40,000 nt of DNA from Candidatus Gracilibacteria bacterium CG17_big_fil_post_rev_8_21_14_2_50_48_13 (GTDB lineage: Bacteria > Patescibacteriota > Gracilibacteria > 1-14-2-50-48-13), in contig PFFG01000006.1 in the NCBI GenBank assembly GCA_002783265.1, positions 148,159-188,158 on the forward strand. The letters run 5' to 3'. Below the pieces are notes generated by a model that saw only the letters and a program-made list of their open reading frames with translations, searched no databases and was not told where the DNA came from. Numbering within the stretch: the stretch's first letter is position 1; each line of letters opens with the position of its first letter. The position numbers and the translations under genes are program-made. Below, piece by piece: positions 19,963-28,659 of the stretch.

Positions 19963-20169
19963 CAGTTTGGAGGATATTGTCTCTATGGTAGCTACCCGGT
20001 CTACTGACATGAAGTTTTAGATATTTGCCCCTAAACCGACTCGGTGGACTTTGGTCACTCTAATCCGCAGATCTGTCTGCTAAGGGGTAGGAACTTCCGC
20101 ATCGATACTTTGGCGAAGTGGATGTTCTCAGACTTTTCCTAATGTAACACTAGGTTATCAGTACACCTT

Positions 20170-20610
20170 ATGCATACTCCCCCACCAGCTAAAAACCCGC
20201 GCCATCACCCCATCCTTGCTGTTGTCGGGTACTCCATGCTCCTCCTTACGAGCATTGTTTTTCTGGTGATTCTCGTGGAGTTCGACCCGGAAGGCGCGAG
20301 TGCGAAACAACCTCAGAATGCAGTTTCTGGCACGCTGCTCGAAGATGCAAACACCTACTTCCTCGAAACCGCTTCGGGTAGCCGTCTCCCCCTCCTGCGT
20401 ATGGAACGGCCGCGGATTCCCGTCGGTTCTCCCATCTACGCCTACCGGCTCCCGGGCACAGACAATGCCATTGCCGAATTTGACCTGCCTCATGCACCGC
20501 GAAGCACCTCGGACCTTCTCACCGTGATAGGTGTCCTGCTTCTCTGCATGATCATGGTTGCAGGCGACCCGCGCGTCGCGTATTTCGATATTTTTGACGA
20601 CCATGCTTGA
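20170..20610 (+). CDS. Hypothetical membrane protein
   Basis: 146 aa with TM helices ILAVVGYSMLLLTSIVFLVILV and LLTVIGVLLLCMIMVA. The TGA stop overlaps the next start (ATGCTTGA, 8-nt overlap). Confidence 0.55.
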   Translation: MHTPPPAKNPRHHPILAVVGYSMLLLTSIVFLVILVEFDPEGASAKQPQNAVSGTLLEDANTYFLETASGSRLPLLRMERPRIPVGSPIYAYRLPGTDNAIAEFDLPHAPRSTSDLLTVIGVLLLCMIMVAGDPRVAYFDIFDDHA

Positions 20611-21364
20611 TTTTCTCTTTATTACAGGTGGGTTACTGCGCATGGTGCAGATGCATCGACCCCAAAAAGACAACACACGTTGGCTCATCGCTATCCTGGG
20701 CCTGGGTCTTCTTCTGCAATTTGCCCTGTCCCCCTTTTTATCGACGGATGTGCGTGAAGGCATCATGATGATGGCTATGGTGGGCATGGGGCTCTGGATT
20801 TTGGCGAGCGGTCTCCTCAGCATGAAAAGTGCGCCAAGGTGGCACACACTGCGCCTTGTGGGATTTTTTCTCCTCGTTGGTGGCCTGCTGATACAGAACC
20901 ACGCCCCCCTTGTTTGGCAAATCACCAGCGCCCTAGGTGCTGTTCTTGCCCTCCTCGTGCTGATTTTCCGTCCCCTTTGGCTTCGCGCTTTTGTGTATGC
21001 ATGGACACTCCTCCATGCCATTGTCCTCGAGCTCCTCTACCTACTCCCCCTCATGAGCGTTATGGAACCGCCCTTACTGGATGTTCTGCTCATGGGGTCG
21101 CTTTTTGTTACCCTCGGGACCTCTGGACTGTTTTCCCTGAAATACTCCTGTATGATGATCGCCACGGGAATTCGCCGGGAGCAAGCGTATACAGAGATGT
21201 TCTCCACTTGGCTGGAAACGCGATTCCCTTTCAAGCAAGCATGGAAAAGAGATGGCGTGTTGTTGGGTATCGTGTTCGCCTTGCTTCTTGGGGCCTATGG
21301 GGGCGTTCTCCCACAGCAAACGGCACTCTACAGCGCCTTGGCCCTCCTCATGTTTCCTGAGTAG
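20603..21364 (+). CDS. Hypothetical polytopic membrane protein (about 7 TM helices)
   Basis: Starts MLDFLFITGGLL at ATG 20603 and appears translationally coupled to the upstream gene. It is hydrophobic throughout. The opposite-strand 287-aa ORF is an Arg-rich shadow. Confidence 0.6.
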   Translation: MLDFLFITGGLLRMVQMHRPQKDNTRWLIAILGLGLLLQFALSPFLSTDVREGIMMMAMVGMGLWILASGLLSMKSAPRWHTLRLVGFFLLVGGLLIQNHAPLVWQITSALGAVLALLVLIFRPLWLRAFVYAWTLLHAIVLELLYLLPLMSVMEPPLLDVLLMGSLFVTLGTSGLFSLKYSCMMIATGIRREQAYTEMFSTWLETRFPFKQAWKRDGVLLGIVFALLLGAYGGVLPQQTALYSALALLMFPE

Positions 21365-21453
21365 GTCGCATAATAGGAGCACTTTCCTAAAACCCTTCCC
21401 TCCTCCGTCATCGTGGGCTACATTGAAGGCAATGCACCTTCACCCCTCTGACC

Positions 21454-21984
21454 ATGGCTTTTCATCTCCTTGCAGGCAGCGACCCGGCGAATAAAGATTG
21501 GATTGAGCGCGTGGCCCCTTTGCTGAGTTCAAAATTTCGGGGAACGAAAATTCAAGAATACCAGCATTGGAAATCTGGTGGAACCCTTAACCTGAATCAG
21601 GAAGTGAGCACCTTGCTCGCCTCCTTGGAAGCAGACACAACACCCGTGGGTGTGTTTGCAAAGTCCGCTGGTATTCTCATAGCCCTTGAGGCGCTTGCGG
21701 AGACAGCCGAGCCCCCTCTCTTTGCTATTTTCTGCGGACTGCCCCTCACTATGGCGGAAGCCATGGATCTCGATATTGTGGAGCTTCTGGAAACCATCGA
21801 TTACCCTGTGCTCTTTATTCAAAACGCCCATGACCATGCAGGAAGCGCCGAAGAGGTACGCATGATCACAGGACGTATTGAAACTGCTGAATTTCTCCTT
21901 CTCCCAGGAAGCGGGCATGATTATCCTATTGTTGGCATGACGCAGGAAGCCATCGAGGACTTCATTGAAGACCACACGGACTAG
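21454..21984 (+). CDS. Small alpha/beta-hydrolase-fold protein
   Basis: 176 aa. Nucleophile-elbow-like VFAKSAGILIAL (G/A-x-S-x-G), an acidic residue in FIQNAHDHAG, and a C-terminal GSGHDY histidine. Confidence 0.55.
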   Translation: MAFHLLAGSDPANKDWIERVAPLLSSKFRGTKIQEYQHWKSGGTLNLNQEVSTLLASLEADTTPVGVFAKSAGILIALEALAETAEPPLFAIFCGLPLTMAEAMDLDIVELLETIDYPVLFIQNAHDHAGSAEEVRMITGRIETAEFLLLPGSGHDYPIVGMTQEAIEDFIEDHTD

Positions 21985-21987
21985 AGT

Positions 21988-24900
21988 CTAAAGGTTAAAG
22001 ATCCGTACAATAAGTCGAAGGACATCTTTTCGGGTCATGAAGTCCCCGACACCAAAGATGTCTGTTCGTGTACCATCCGGCAACAAGTACCCCGTCAAAT
22101 AGCCTCGATAGAAGCCAAAGGAGATGTATTTTGCATACCATTCACCAGACACCACATCTTTGAACGGAGTTTGCCCCTCTGGTGTACTTTCCGCATAGCC
22201 ATCAAATTTTGTCAGGACAATGATCTTCGTGGCCTCTTCTCGGGTTATGGAATTTTCCGGCTGAAAGGATCCATCAGGATAACCATCTACTATTCCTAGG
22301 GCCAGCGCTTCATATATATAGGGTGCATATTTATAACTTAGTGGAACATCCGTGAATACGGCATCATAGTTTTCCTTGATAGAGGCACCACTACACCCAA
22401 GCAGAATACGAATGAGTTCCCCACGTGGAATATATTTTTGTTGATTGGCCGCTGCAATTTCTGAAATGACAAGGCCCGTGTTTTGCGACTTCGTACAAGA
22501 GGTATTAATAACATCCACCATATCACGCGTATCTGGAATGGTGGGTATCGTAATAGGTAGACCTCCACCTCCACCGGAGCCCCTATTCCCGCCTTGCCCA
22601 GGGAGAAGAGCCCCTGATCCTGTCGTTTCTTCGTCTTCTGGACAAACTTCCGTGTCACATAAAATGGCTTCTGGCGCAGCAGAGCGAAGATCTTCACTGG
22701 ATTCTGTCGGTGCAGTTTCTTCTTGTGAAGGGGCTGAGAAGCCACCTCCACCACCCGTATACAACCTGTTGACAACGGCGGGTGTTACTACCTCGTCATC
22801 AATAACCGTTACGGTACTAGTTGCGTTACTTAATCCATCAAAAGCATCATCGGAAGACGCATCGACGACTGAGATGGTGACCGTTGCCGTTCCTCCCAAA
22901 GCATCCGGATCATCCACTGCAGTTAAGAAGATCGTCTGCGGCGTATTCCAGTTAATGGACGTAAAGGTCAGACTTACCGGCGAGACACTAAGCAACGCTG
23001 GGTCACTCGACACAACAGAAAGTACAACATCACTGGATGGTTGAGCACTTAAGAGCACTTCCAGTGTATCCCCAAGTCCACCTTCATTTGCTGTAGAACT
23101 TCCACCTGAGGCCGTTACAGTCAAACCTGCAACATCATTATCTGTCACCTGAACAGTGAGTACTGTGCTCGCAAGTGGATCCCAGGCGTCGTCAGATAAG
23201 GGATCGTTCACGGAAATGGTGATGGTTGGAGACTCAGAAACGACATTCGCATCTTCTGGTGCTGTTACGGTAACTGTTTGAGCAGTACTCCAATTTGCCG
23301 TCGTAAAGGTAAGAGAAGAGGTGCTGACTGTCACATGGGCAATATTACTGGAGCTGACCGCAAACACCACATCACTCGATGGCTGTGCAGTGAGAATCAC
23401 ATCGAAACTATCCGTCGCACCACCTTCCGTCACGTCCGTTGACCCGCCACTTTCTGTTACAGTAAATCCCGCAGTGTCATTATCCGTCACCGTCACAGCA
23501 ATATTCACGTTGGCTAGTGGATCCCATGCATCGTCGGAAGAAGCATCATTCACTTCCAATACAACACTGGGCGTTTCTGAGACAATATCCACATCTTCCG
23601 GTGCGGTCACCGTGACCGTCTGGGTGGTATTCCAGTTTGCTGAGGTAAAGGTGAGTGTTGCTGGAGACACCGTCATGGAACTTGTATCATTTGACGTCAC
23701 GTTCAGGACTACATCACTCGCAGGTTGCGCCGTTAGAGCGACGGTAAAACTATCTGTTGCTCCACCTTCCGTAACAGCAGTTGAGCCTCCTGATTCTGTG
23801 ACGGTTATATTTGGCGTATCATTATCCGTGACATGGATCGTCACCGTTTGGTCAGCAAGCGGATCCCAGGCGTTATCAGAAGTTGCGTCGTGTATTGACG
23901 CAGTGAAGGTTGGTGTTTCATTCACCAAATCGACATCTTCTGGAGCAGAAATGGTCACATTTTGTGCCACATTCCAATTCGCTGTCGTAAAGGTTAGAGC
24001 GGATGTACTAAGTGTTGCCGCCGTTGTATCATTGGAACTCACATCGATGACGACATCAGTTGACGGTTGTGCGGTCAAAACAACCGATACCGTATCCGTA
24101 GCACCACCTTCTGTAACGTTTGTACTTCCACCCGTTTCCGAAAGTGTATACCCCGGAGTGTCATTATCTGTTACCGCTACACTGACCGTCTGATCTGCAA
24201 GGGGATCCCAGGCATTGTCAGAAGAAGCATCCACAACAGAAATGGTTATGGTTGGATTTTCCGACACCGTATCTGCATCTTGCGGTGCCGTTACCGTGAC
24301 GGTTTGCGGTGTGTTCCACGTTGCAGTGGTAAAGGTGAGCGTCGAAAAATTTACCGTGGCGGCAGTCGTATCGTTGGATGTGACGCTCAAGACGACATTG
24401 CTTGAAGGTTGCGCGGTCAAAACCACATCAAAGCTGTCCGTCGCTCCTCCCTCGGTGACAGCAGTTGAGCCACTAGACTCGGTAATACTAAAACCTGCTG
24501 AGTCATTGTCTGTTACGGACACATTCACTAAGACATTTGCCACCGTATCATAATCGTCATCTGAAGATGGATCATCCACCGCAATGGTTACCGTGACATT
24601 TTCAGAGACAACATCAGAGTCTTCCGGAGCTGTGACGGTGACCGTCTGTGGCGTGTTCCAGTTTCCCGTCGTAAACGTCAGTGTTGATGTATTCACCGTT
24701 GCTGCACTTGTGTCGTTGGAGGAAATATTGAGCACGACGTCGGAAAGAGGCTGTGTATTGAGGACGACGTCAAAGCTATCTGTTGCACCACCTTCCGTGA
24801 CAGCAGTCGTTCCACCCGATTCTGTTTTTGTTATACCAGGAATCGGTCCCGCTTCGAAAAGCATAATACGACCGTGAAAATAATCTGCCACATAGAGGGT

Positions 24901-27258
24901 TCGGGAAGTAGGATTATAATCCATGCTTGCTGGCCAGTATAATGTACTTTGTGAGGTAATTGCCTGACCTGCCGCATCTGTATAACTGGTTTTACCCAAG
25001 AGACTAATTGCATTCTCATTGTCCGTAATTGTCGTTGTATCAAAAACCGTAATACGATTCGCAAAGTTATTTCCAGAAACAAACAAACGGTTGTTGTTTG
25101 GATCGAAGGTGACCCCACGCGCTTCGCGAACACTGGATTGCGTCGTCGCAATGGCACTCGAGGTAAAGTTTGCCTGCCCTAATACATTGATTGCATTTTC
25201 ACCGTTTGTGATTGTTGCTACGTCGTAGACGAGTACACGGTGTTGAGACTTACTCACGACAAAGAGTCGCTGGCCCGCTGTGTCGATCTCCACATCTTGG
25301 GGGGCTGCCATGCCAGACTGCGTCAAGGCTGCCGTTCCTGTGACAAAGTCAGGCTGACCAAGAACTGCCACTGCATTCTCTCCGTTGGTAATGCTCGCGA
25401 CATCGTAAACCGTTACCCGATTCGCAGACGTGTGTGAGTTTGCCACATACAGAAGCTGCTTAACGGAATCATAGGCGAGACCAGCTGGGTACCCCATACC
25501 AGACTGGGTGACTCCTAAGGTGGTCGTAGTAAAATCCGGCTGTCCTAGGACATAGATTGCATTCTGATTGTTCGTAATTGTCGTAACATCGTACACAAGC
25601 ACACGATTCGAAAACAGATCTGACACAAACAACCAATTTCTCGCTGCATCAAACGCTAACCCTTTGGGTTGGTTCACGGTGGATTGACTAGCCGTTAGGG
25701 ATGCTCCAGAAATAAGATCCGCCTGGCCTAAAACGTTATCAATAATGCGATCAGGAAGTGTATTATCAACGTTTAAATTGTAGACAGCAACGCGTCTATT
25801 CCCATTATCTGCAACATACAAACGATGATTGACCGTATCAAGCAGGACATCTTCTGGATTAAACAGGCCAAATTGATTTGGACCGTCATTCGCCCCGGAT
25901 CGCGTATATACCGGTGTTGGATTTGTTGTGTCAGAATTATCGGATTGCCCAAGCGCATCGATGGCATTTTCCCCATCTGTAATGGTTGAAACATCAAAGA
26001 CAGTTACACGATCATAGCCTTCTGAGACATACAATCGATCGAGAGTTGGATCAAACAACAGATCGGAAGGCGTGAGGTTTGACTGACTGACCGTACCCGT
26101 CGTTGTGGTAAAATTGGACTTTCCTATGACATTGATTGCTGGTTCTCCATCCGTCAGGGTTGCTATATCAAAGACCAGTACGCGTTGACCGTTGCTTCCC
26201 TGCCCCACGTACAGTTTATTTGTTGCAGAATCGAAAGCGACACTGCGCACACCAAGCATGACAGATTGACTGGATGGACCTGAGACGGTGGTAAAATCTG
26301 CCTTACCTAAGACATTCACCGCATTCTCACCATCCGTAATAGTATTAACATCCCAAACCGTGAGACGGTTGTTGTTCTCCTCCGCGACAAAAAGTCGTCC
26401 TCCCGTTGCATCATAGGCCATGCCCATAGGACGAGACATACCAGCCTGGGTTGTCGCCGCTGTACCGGTTGTAAAATCTGGCTGCCCAAGAACATTTATA
26501 GCGGCCTCCCCATCAGTAATGGTGGAAACATCAAAGACGGACACACGATGAGCCCCCGTCTGAGAAACAAACAAGCGCTGATTCGCCGCGTCGTAGGCAA
26601 GACCTTGCGGGGTGTTCAGACCGCTTTGCGTGGTTGCGGAAGTTTGTGTTGTAAAACTCGCCTGCCCAAGGACATTGACCGCCGCTTCCCCATTGGTAAT
26701 CGTGGCCGTGTCATAGACGAGAACTCTATGATGTCCTCTATCTGCGACAAAGAGTCGGTTGTTTGCACTATCAAAGGCAAGACCGTATGGGAACGACAGT
26801 ATGGTTGCTGAAGGTGAAGAAGCAACGCGTGAGGTAAAGTTTTGTTTTCCTAACACAAAGTCGGGTAACCGGTCTGGAAACGTATTATCATTATTCAGGT
26901 TATAAATCAGGACACGTCCATTATTTTCATCAGCAAGGAAAAATCGGTGATTCACCGTATCCAGAGCCATAGCACGAGGGTCATCGAGACCACGACGGTT
27001 GGCTGCGTCGTTTCCAGTAAAATACCCTTTTGTATAATCGGGAGTCGGGTTGGTGAGATCTTCACCAAACATACCAATGGCATCGTAGGCGTTTTTTCCA
27101 TTGGTAAGATAGGCTTGAGAGGTTTCTTTGAGACTCAAGAGCAACCAAGCACCTGAGCTAACCAGAGCAAACAATAAAACAATATGAAGGGATAGACCCC
27201 ATTTGATGCGTGGAAGGCGAAGATTTTGCATAGTAATATGTGTATTTATTTTTAACAT
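21988..27258 (-). CDS. Giant (1756 aa) cell-surface protein: signal anchor, ~12 NHL-type beta-propeller blades, 6 Calx-beta/Ig-like repeats, Gly-rich linker, C-terminal SLH anchor
   Basis: N-terminal anchor LSLHIVLLFALVSSGAWLLLSL. Blades repeat the pattern P.GLAYD...RLFVA....RV.VYDV.TIT.GE.A..VLGQ.DFTT. Six ~114-aa repeats follow the pattern SGGST.VTEGGATDSF.VVLTAQPSSDVVL.V.S.D...ATV....LTFT..NWNT.QTVTVTAPED.D. SLH repeats at the C-terminus: FTDVPLSYKYAPYIYEALALGIVDGYPDGSFQPENSITREEATKII and FKDVVSGEWYAKYISFGFYRGYL. Confidence 0.9.
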   Translation of the reverse strand: MLKINTHITMQNLRLPRIKWGLSLHIVLLFALVSSGAWLLLSLKETSQAYLTNGKNAYDAIGMFGEDLTNPTPDYTKGYFTGNDAANRRGLDDPRAMALDTVNHRFFLADENNGRVLIYNLNNDNTFPDRLPDFVLGKQNFTSRVASSPSATILSFPYGLAFDSANNRLFVADRGHHRVLVYDTATITNGEAAVNVLGQASFTTQTSATTQSGLNTPQGLAYDAANQRLFVSQTGAHRVSVFDVSTITDGEAAINVLGQPDFTTGTAATTQAGMSRPMGMAYDATGGRLFVAEENNNRLTVWDVNTITDGENAVNVLGKADFTTVSGPSSQSVMLGVRSVAFDSATNKLYVGQGSNGQRVLVFDIATLTDGEPAINVIGKSNFTTTTGTVSQSNLTPSDLLFDPTLDRLYVSEGYDRVTVFDVSTITDGENAIDALGQSDNSDTTNPTPVYTRSGANDGPNQFGLFNPEDVLLDTVNHRLYVADNGNRRVAVYNLNVDNTLPDRIIDNVLGQADLISGASLTASQSTVNQPKGLAFDAARNWLFVSDLFSNRVLVYDVTTITNNQNAIYVLGQPDFTTTTLGVTQSGMGYPAGLAYDSVKQLLYVANSHTSANRVTVYDVASITNGENAVAVLGQPDFVTGTAALTQSGMAAPQDVEIDTAGQRLFVVSKSQHRVLVYDVATITNGENAINVLGQANFTSSAIATTQSSVREARGVTFDPNNNRLFVSGNNFANRITVFDTTTITDNENAISLLGKTSYTDAAGQAITSQSTLYWPASMDYNPTSRTLYVADYFHGRIMLFEAGPIPGITKTESGGTTAVTEGGATDSFDVVLNTQPLSDVVLNISSNDTSAATVNTSTLTFTTGNWNTPQTVTVTAPEDSDVVSENVTVTIAVDDPSSDDDYDTVANVLVNVSVTDNDSAGFSITESSGSTAVTEGGATDSFDVVLTAQPSSNVVLSVTSNDTTAATVNFSTLTFTTATWNTPQTVTVTAPQDADTVSENPTITISVVDASSDNAWDPLADQTVSVAVTDNDTPGYTLSETGGSTNVTEGGATDTVSVVLTAQPSTDVVIDVSSNDTTAATLSTSALTFTTANWNVAQNVTISAPEDVDLVNETPTFTASIHDATSDNAWDPLADQTVTIHVTDNDTPNITVTESGGSTAVTEGGATDSFTVALTAQPASDVVLNVTSNDTSSMTVSPATLTFTSANWNTTQTVTVTAPEDVDIVSETPSVVLEVNDASSDDAWDPLANVNIAVTVTDNDTAGFTVTESGGSTDVTEGGATDSFDVILTAQPSSDVVFAVSSSNIAHVTVSTSSLTFTTANWSTAQTVTVTAPEDANVVSESPTITISVNDPLSDDAWDPLASTVLTVQVTDNDVAGLTVTASGGSSTANEGGLGDTLEVLLSAQPSSDVVLSVVSSDPALLSVSPVSLTFTSINWNTPQTIFLTAVDDPDALGGTATVTISVVDASSDDAFDGLSNATSTVTVIDDEVVTPAVVNRLYTGGGGGFSAPSQEETAPTESSEDLRSAAPEAILCDTEVCPEDEETTGSGALLPGQGGNRGSGGGGGLPITIPTIPDTRDMVDVINTSCTKSQNTGLVISEIAAANQQKYIPRGELIRILLGCSGASIKENYDAVFTDVPLSYKYAPYIYEALALGIVDGYPDGSFQPENSITREEATKIIVLTKFDGYAESTPEGQTPFKDVVSGEWYAKYISFGFYRGYLTGYLLPDGTRTDIFGVGDFMTRKDVLRLIVRIFNL
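22783..24835 (-). repeat. Six tandem ~342-bp coding repeats (the beta-sandwich modules of the giant protein)
   Basis: The protein repeats are listed above. The DNA periodicity also produces long plus-strand shadow ORFs (22445-24877). Confidence 0.8.
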
Positions 27259-27355
27259 AATACAATATTATTTTTACTGCGTCAAAGTTGCTACTGTTGT
27301 AAAGGAAACAACAGTAGAAATACAATTTTCATGCTCATCCGTAACCAAACGACCT

Positions 27356-27742
27356 ATGCACTATTTTCACACGAACATCGAAAAAGCGACCCTGGAAAAT
27401 ACAGACTACCGCCGCGTTCTCTACACCACACACGGGCTACAATTGGTCCTCATGCATCTGGAACCGGGCGTTGAAATCGGTATGGAAACCCATGGCCTTG
27501 ATCAGTTCCTGCGTATTGAATCAGGATCAGGCACTGCCCTTTTAGAGGGAAAAGAGCAGGCACTAAAAGATGATGATGTGCTCATCATTCCCCGTGGGAC
27601 AGCACACAACATCATCAATACTGGCTCCACTCCCCTCAAACTGTATTCTGTGTATGGTCCAGCGGAGCATAAAGATGGCATTGTGCAGCACACAAAAGCA
27701 GACGAAGCAGAAGAACACTTTGATGGAAAAGTCTCCTACTAA
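27356..27742 (+). CDS. Cupin-domain protein
   Basis: Starts MHYFHTNIEKATLENTDYRRVLYTT. Cupin motifs GVEIGMETHGLDQFLRIESG and VLIIPRGTAHNIINTG. The ATG at 27356 is preferred; the track start at 27203 would overlap the giant gene's 5' end. Confidence 0.75.
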   Translation: MHYFHTNIEKATLENTDYRRVLYTTHGLQLVLMHLEPGVEIGMETHGLDQFLRIESGSGTALLEGKEQALKDDDVLIIPRGTAHNIINTGSTPLKLYSVYGPAEHKDGIVQHTKADEAEEHFDGKVSY

Positions 27743-28053
27743 GAATCCTTGTTCTTCTCTGGTGCTGCGTGACGAAGAGCAACCACCTCTTGTGCACGGC
27801 GTATACGTCCGTCGATTCGGTCCAGTATTTCTTGGGCAGCCTCGCGAATCTCCGTTTCTTCCAGTAAAAGATCCTTACCGCGGAGCATCTGTATCTCCTG
27901 TAAATCATGGCGAATAAGCTTGAACACATGCCGCGTCATTAAGGGAAGGCCTTGAGCGAACCTTTCCACTTCCGCTGTTTTGCCTTCGTAGTACAGTATG
28001 CGATCGAGTACTTGTTCTGATGAATAGGCATTGCCTAGATTATTCGGTGCCAT
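27739..28053 (-). CDS. Hypothetical helical protein (104 aa)
   Basis: ORF only. The composition predicts a helical protein (…LQEIQMLRGKDLLLEETEIREAAQEILDRIDGRIRRAQE…). No family recognised. Confidence 0.45.
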   Translation of the reverse strand: MAPNNLGNAYSSEQVLDRILYYEGKTAEVERFAQGLPLMTRHVFKLIRHDLQEIQMLRGKDLLLEETEIREAAQEILDRIDGRIRRAQEVVALRHAAPEKNKDS

Positions 28054-28121
28054 GAAATGGATGTTATATCTTCGGATTGTTATTATGTCTTAATTCTTCA
28101 ATTAAGCAACAATTCTGAACG

Positions 28122-28154
28122 AAAAAAAGACGCTCACCAGATGGTGTGCGTCTT
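28122..28154 (-). terminator. Rho-independent terminator after the Met/Asn-rich lipoprotein gene
   Basis: Stem aagacgc (28127-28133) pairs with gcgtctt (28148-28154), with an inner cacc/ggtg extension. The A7 run at 28122-28128 becomes the U-tract on the minus strand. Confidence 0.6.
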
Positions 28155-28170
28155 TCTTACTCTATTCTTC

Positions 28171-28446
28171 TTAGTAGTTGAAGGAAGAAGTTCCTGTAGG
28201 AAGAATAGAACCTGTCATTGTTGCATCATCACCATCCAACATCATTGTGTTGAGGTTAGAGTTCATCATGATAGATCCCATGTTCGTGTTCATGTTCATC
28301 ATCATTGTATTGGAGTTCATATTGCTCTCCAATGCACTGTTGTCGTTCATGTTCCCGGCATTTGTATTTGCATTTGTTGCTGTCTGCGCACCACAAGACG
28401 TGAGGAGGAGTCCAGCAACAGCAAATGCTGCAATCTGTTTGTTCAT
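28171..28446 (-). CDS. Small Met/Asn-rich lipoprotein
   Basis: MNKQIAAFAVAGLLLTSC carries a lipobox (L-L-T-S-C). The mature part is dominated by M and N (NMNSNTMMMNMNTNMGSIMMNSNLNTMML). A terminator lies downstream. The plus-strand ORFs are mirror images (ATG/CAT) and one runs into the tRNA. Confidence 0.55.
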   Translation of the reverse strand: MNKQIAAFAVAGLLLTSCGAQTATNANTNAGNMNDNSALESNMNSNTMMMNMNTNMGSIMMNSNLNTMMLDGDDATMTGSILPTGTSSFNY

Positions 28447-28564
28447 AACAGTGAAAATTAAAGGTAAATCACGGGCTCAATTGAAACAGAAGAGTAAAGA
28501 AAAGCAATCGAAATTTACATATCCCTTTGCCAAAAAACAGATTTTTCATACACTTCACTCGTGT

Positions 28565-28641
28565 CGGGGTGTAGCGCAGTTGGCTAGCGCGCATGCATGG
28601 GGTGCATGAGGTCGTGGGTTCGAGTCCCGCTACCCCGACCA
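28565..28641 (+). tRNA. tRNA-Pro (anticodon GGG), CCA encoded
   Basis: Acceptor cggggtg/taccccg. D arm gcgc-agttggcta-gcgc. Anticodon stem catgc/gcatg with loop auGGGgu. T arm gtggg-ttcgagt-cccgc. Confidence 0.9.
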
Positions 28642-28659
28642 CATTTCATAGTAGATAAT

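Noticed and set aside
20068-20087. Possible attR: cagatctgtctgctaagggg compared with the tRNA-Pro 3' end gagtcctgtctccccgacca
   Set aside because: Only about 9 of 15 positions match, which is compatible with chance. It is kept only as something to test computationally.
20158-21021. 287-aa minus-strand ORF overlapping the two membrane-protein genes
   Set aside because: It is Arg/Pro/Cys-rich with no hydrophobic or domain structure, the typical shadow of GC-rich coding sequence. The plus-strand ORFs give coherent TM proteins with a coupled ATGCTTGA junction.
22445-24877. Series of long plus-strand ORFs (199, 290, 112, 112 and 97 aa) rich in S/V/T
   Set aside because: They lie antisense to the six tandem repeats of the giant protein. 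The repeat periodicity and codon bias keep the opposite frame open, and they have no independent start or SD context.
28057-28609. Plus-strand ORFs (134 aa His/Cys-rich; 143 aa) across the Met/Asn-rich gene
   Set aside because: The His-rich product is simply the reverse complement of the ATG/AAC-rich sequence. The 143-aa ORF runs through tRNA-Pro(GGG). The minus-strand ORF has a lipobox signal peptide and a downstream terminator.
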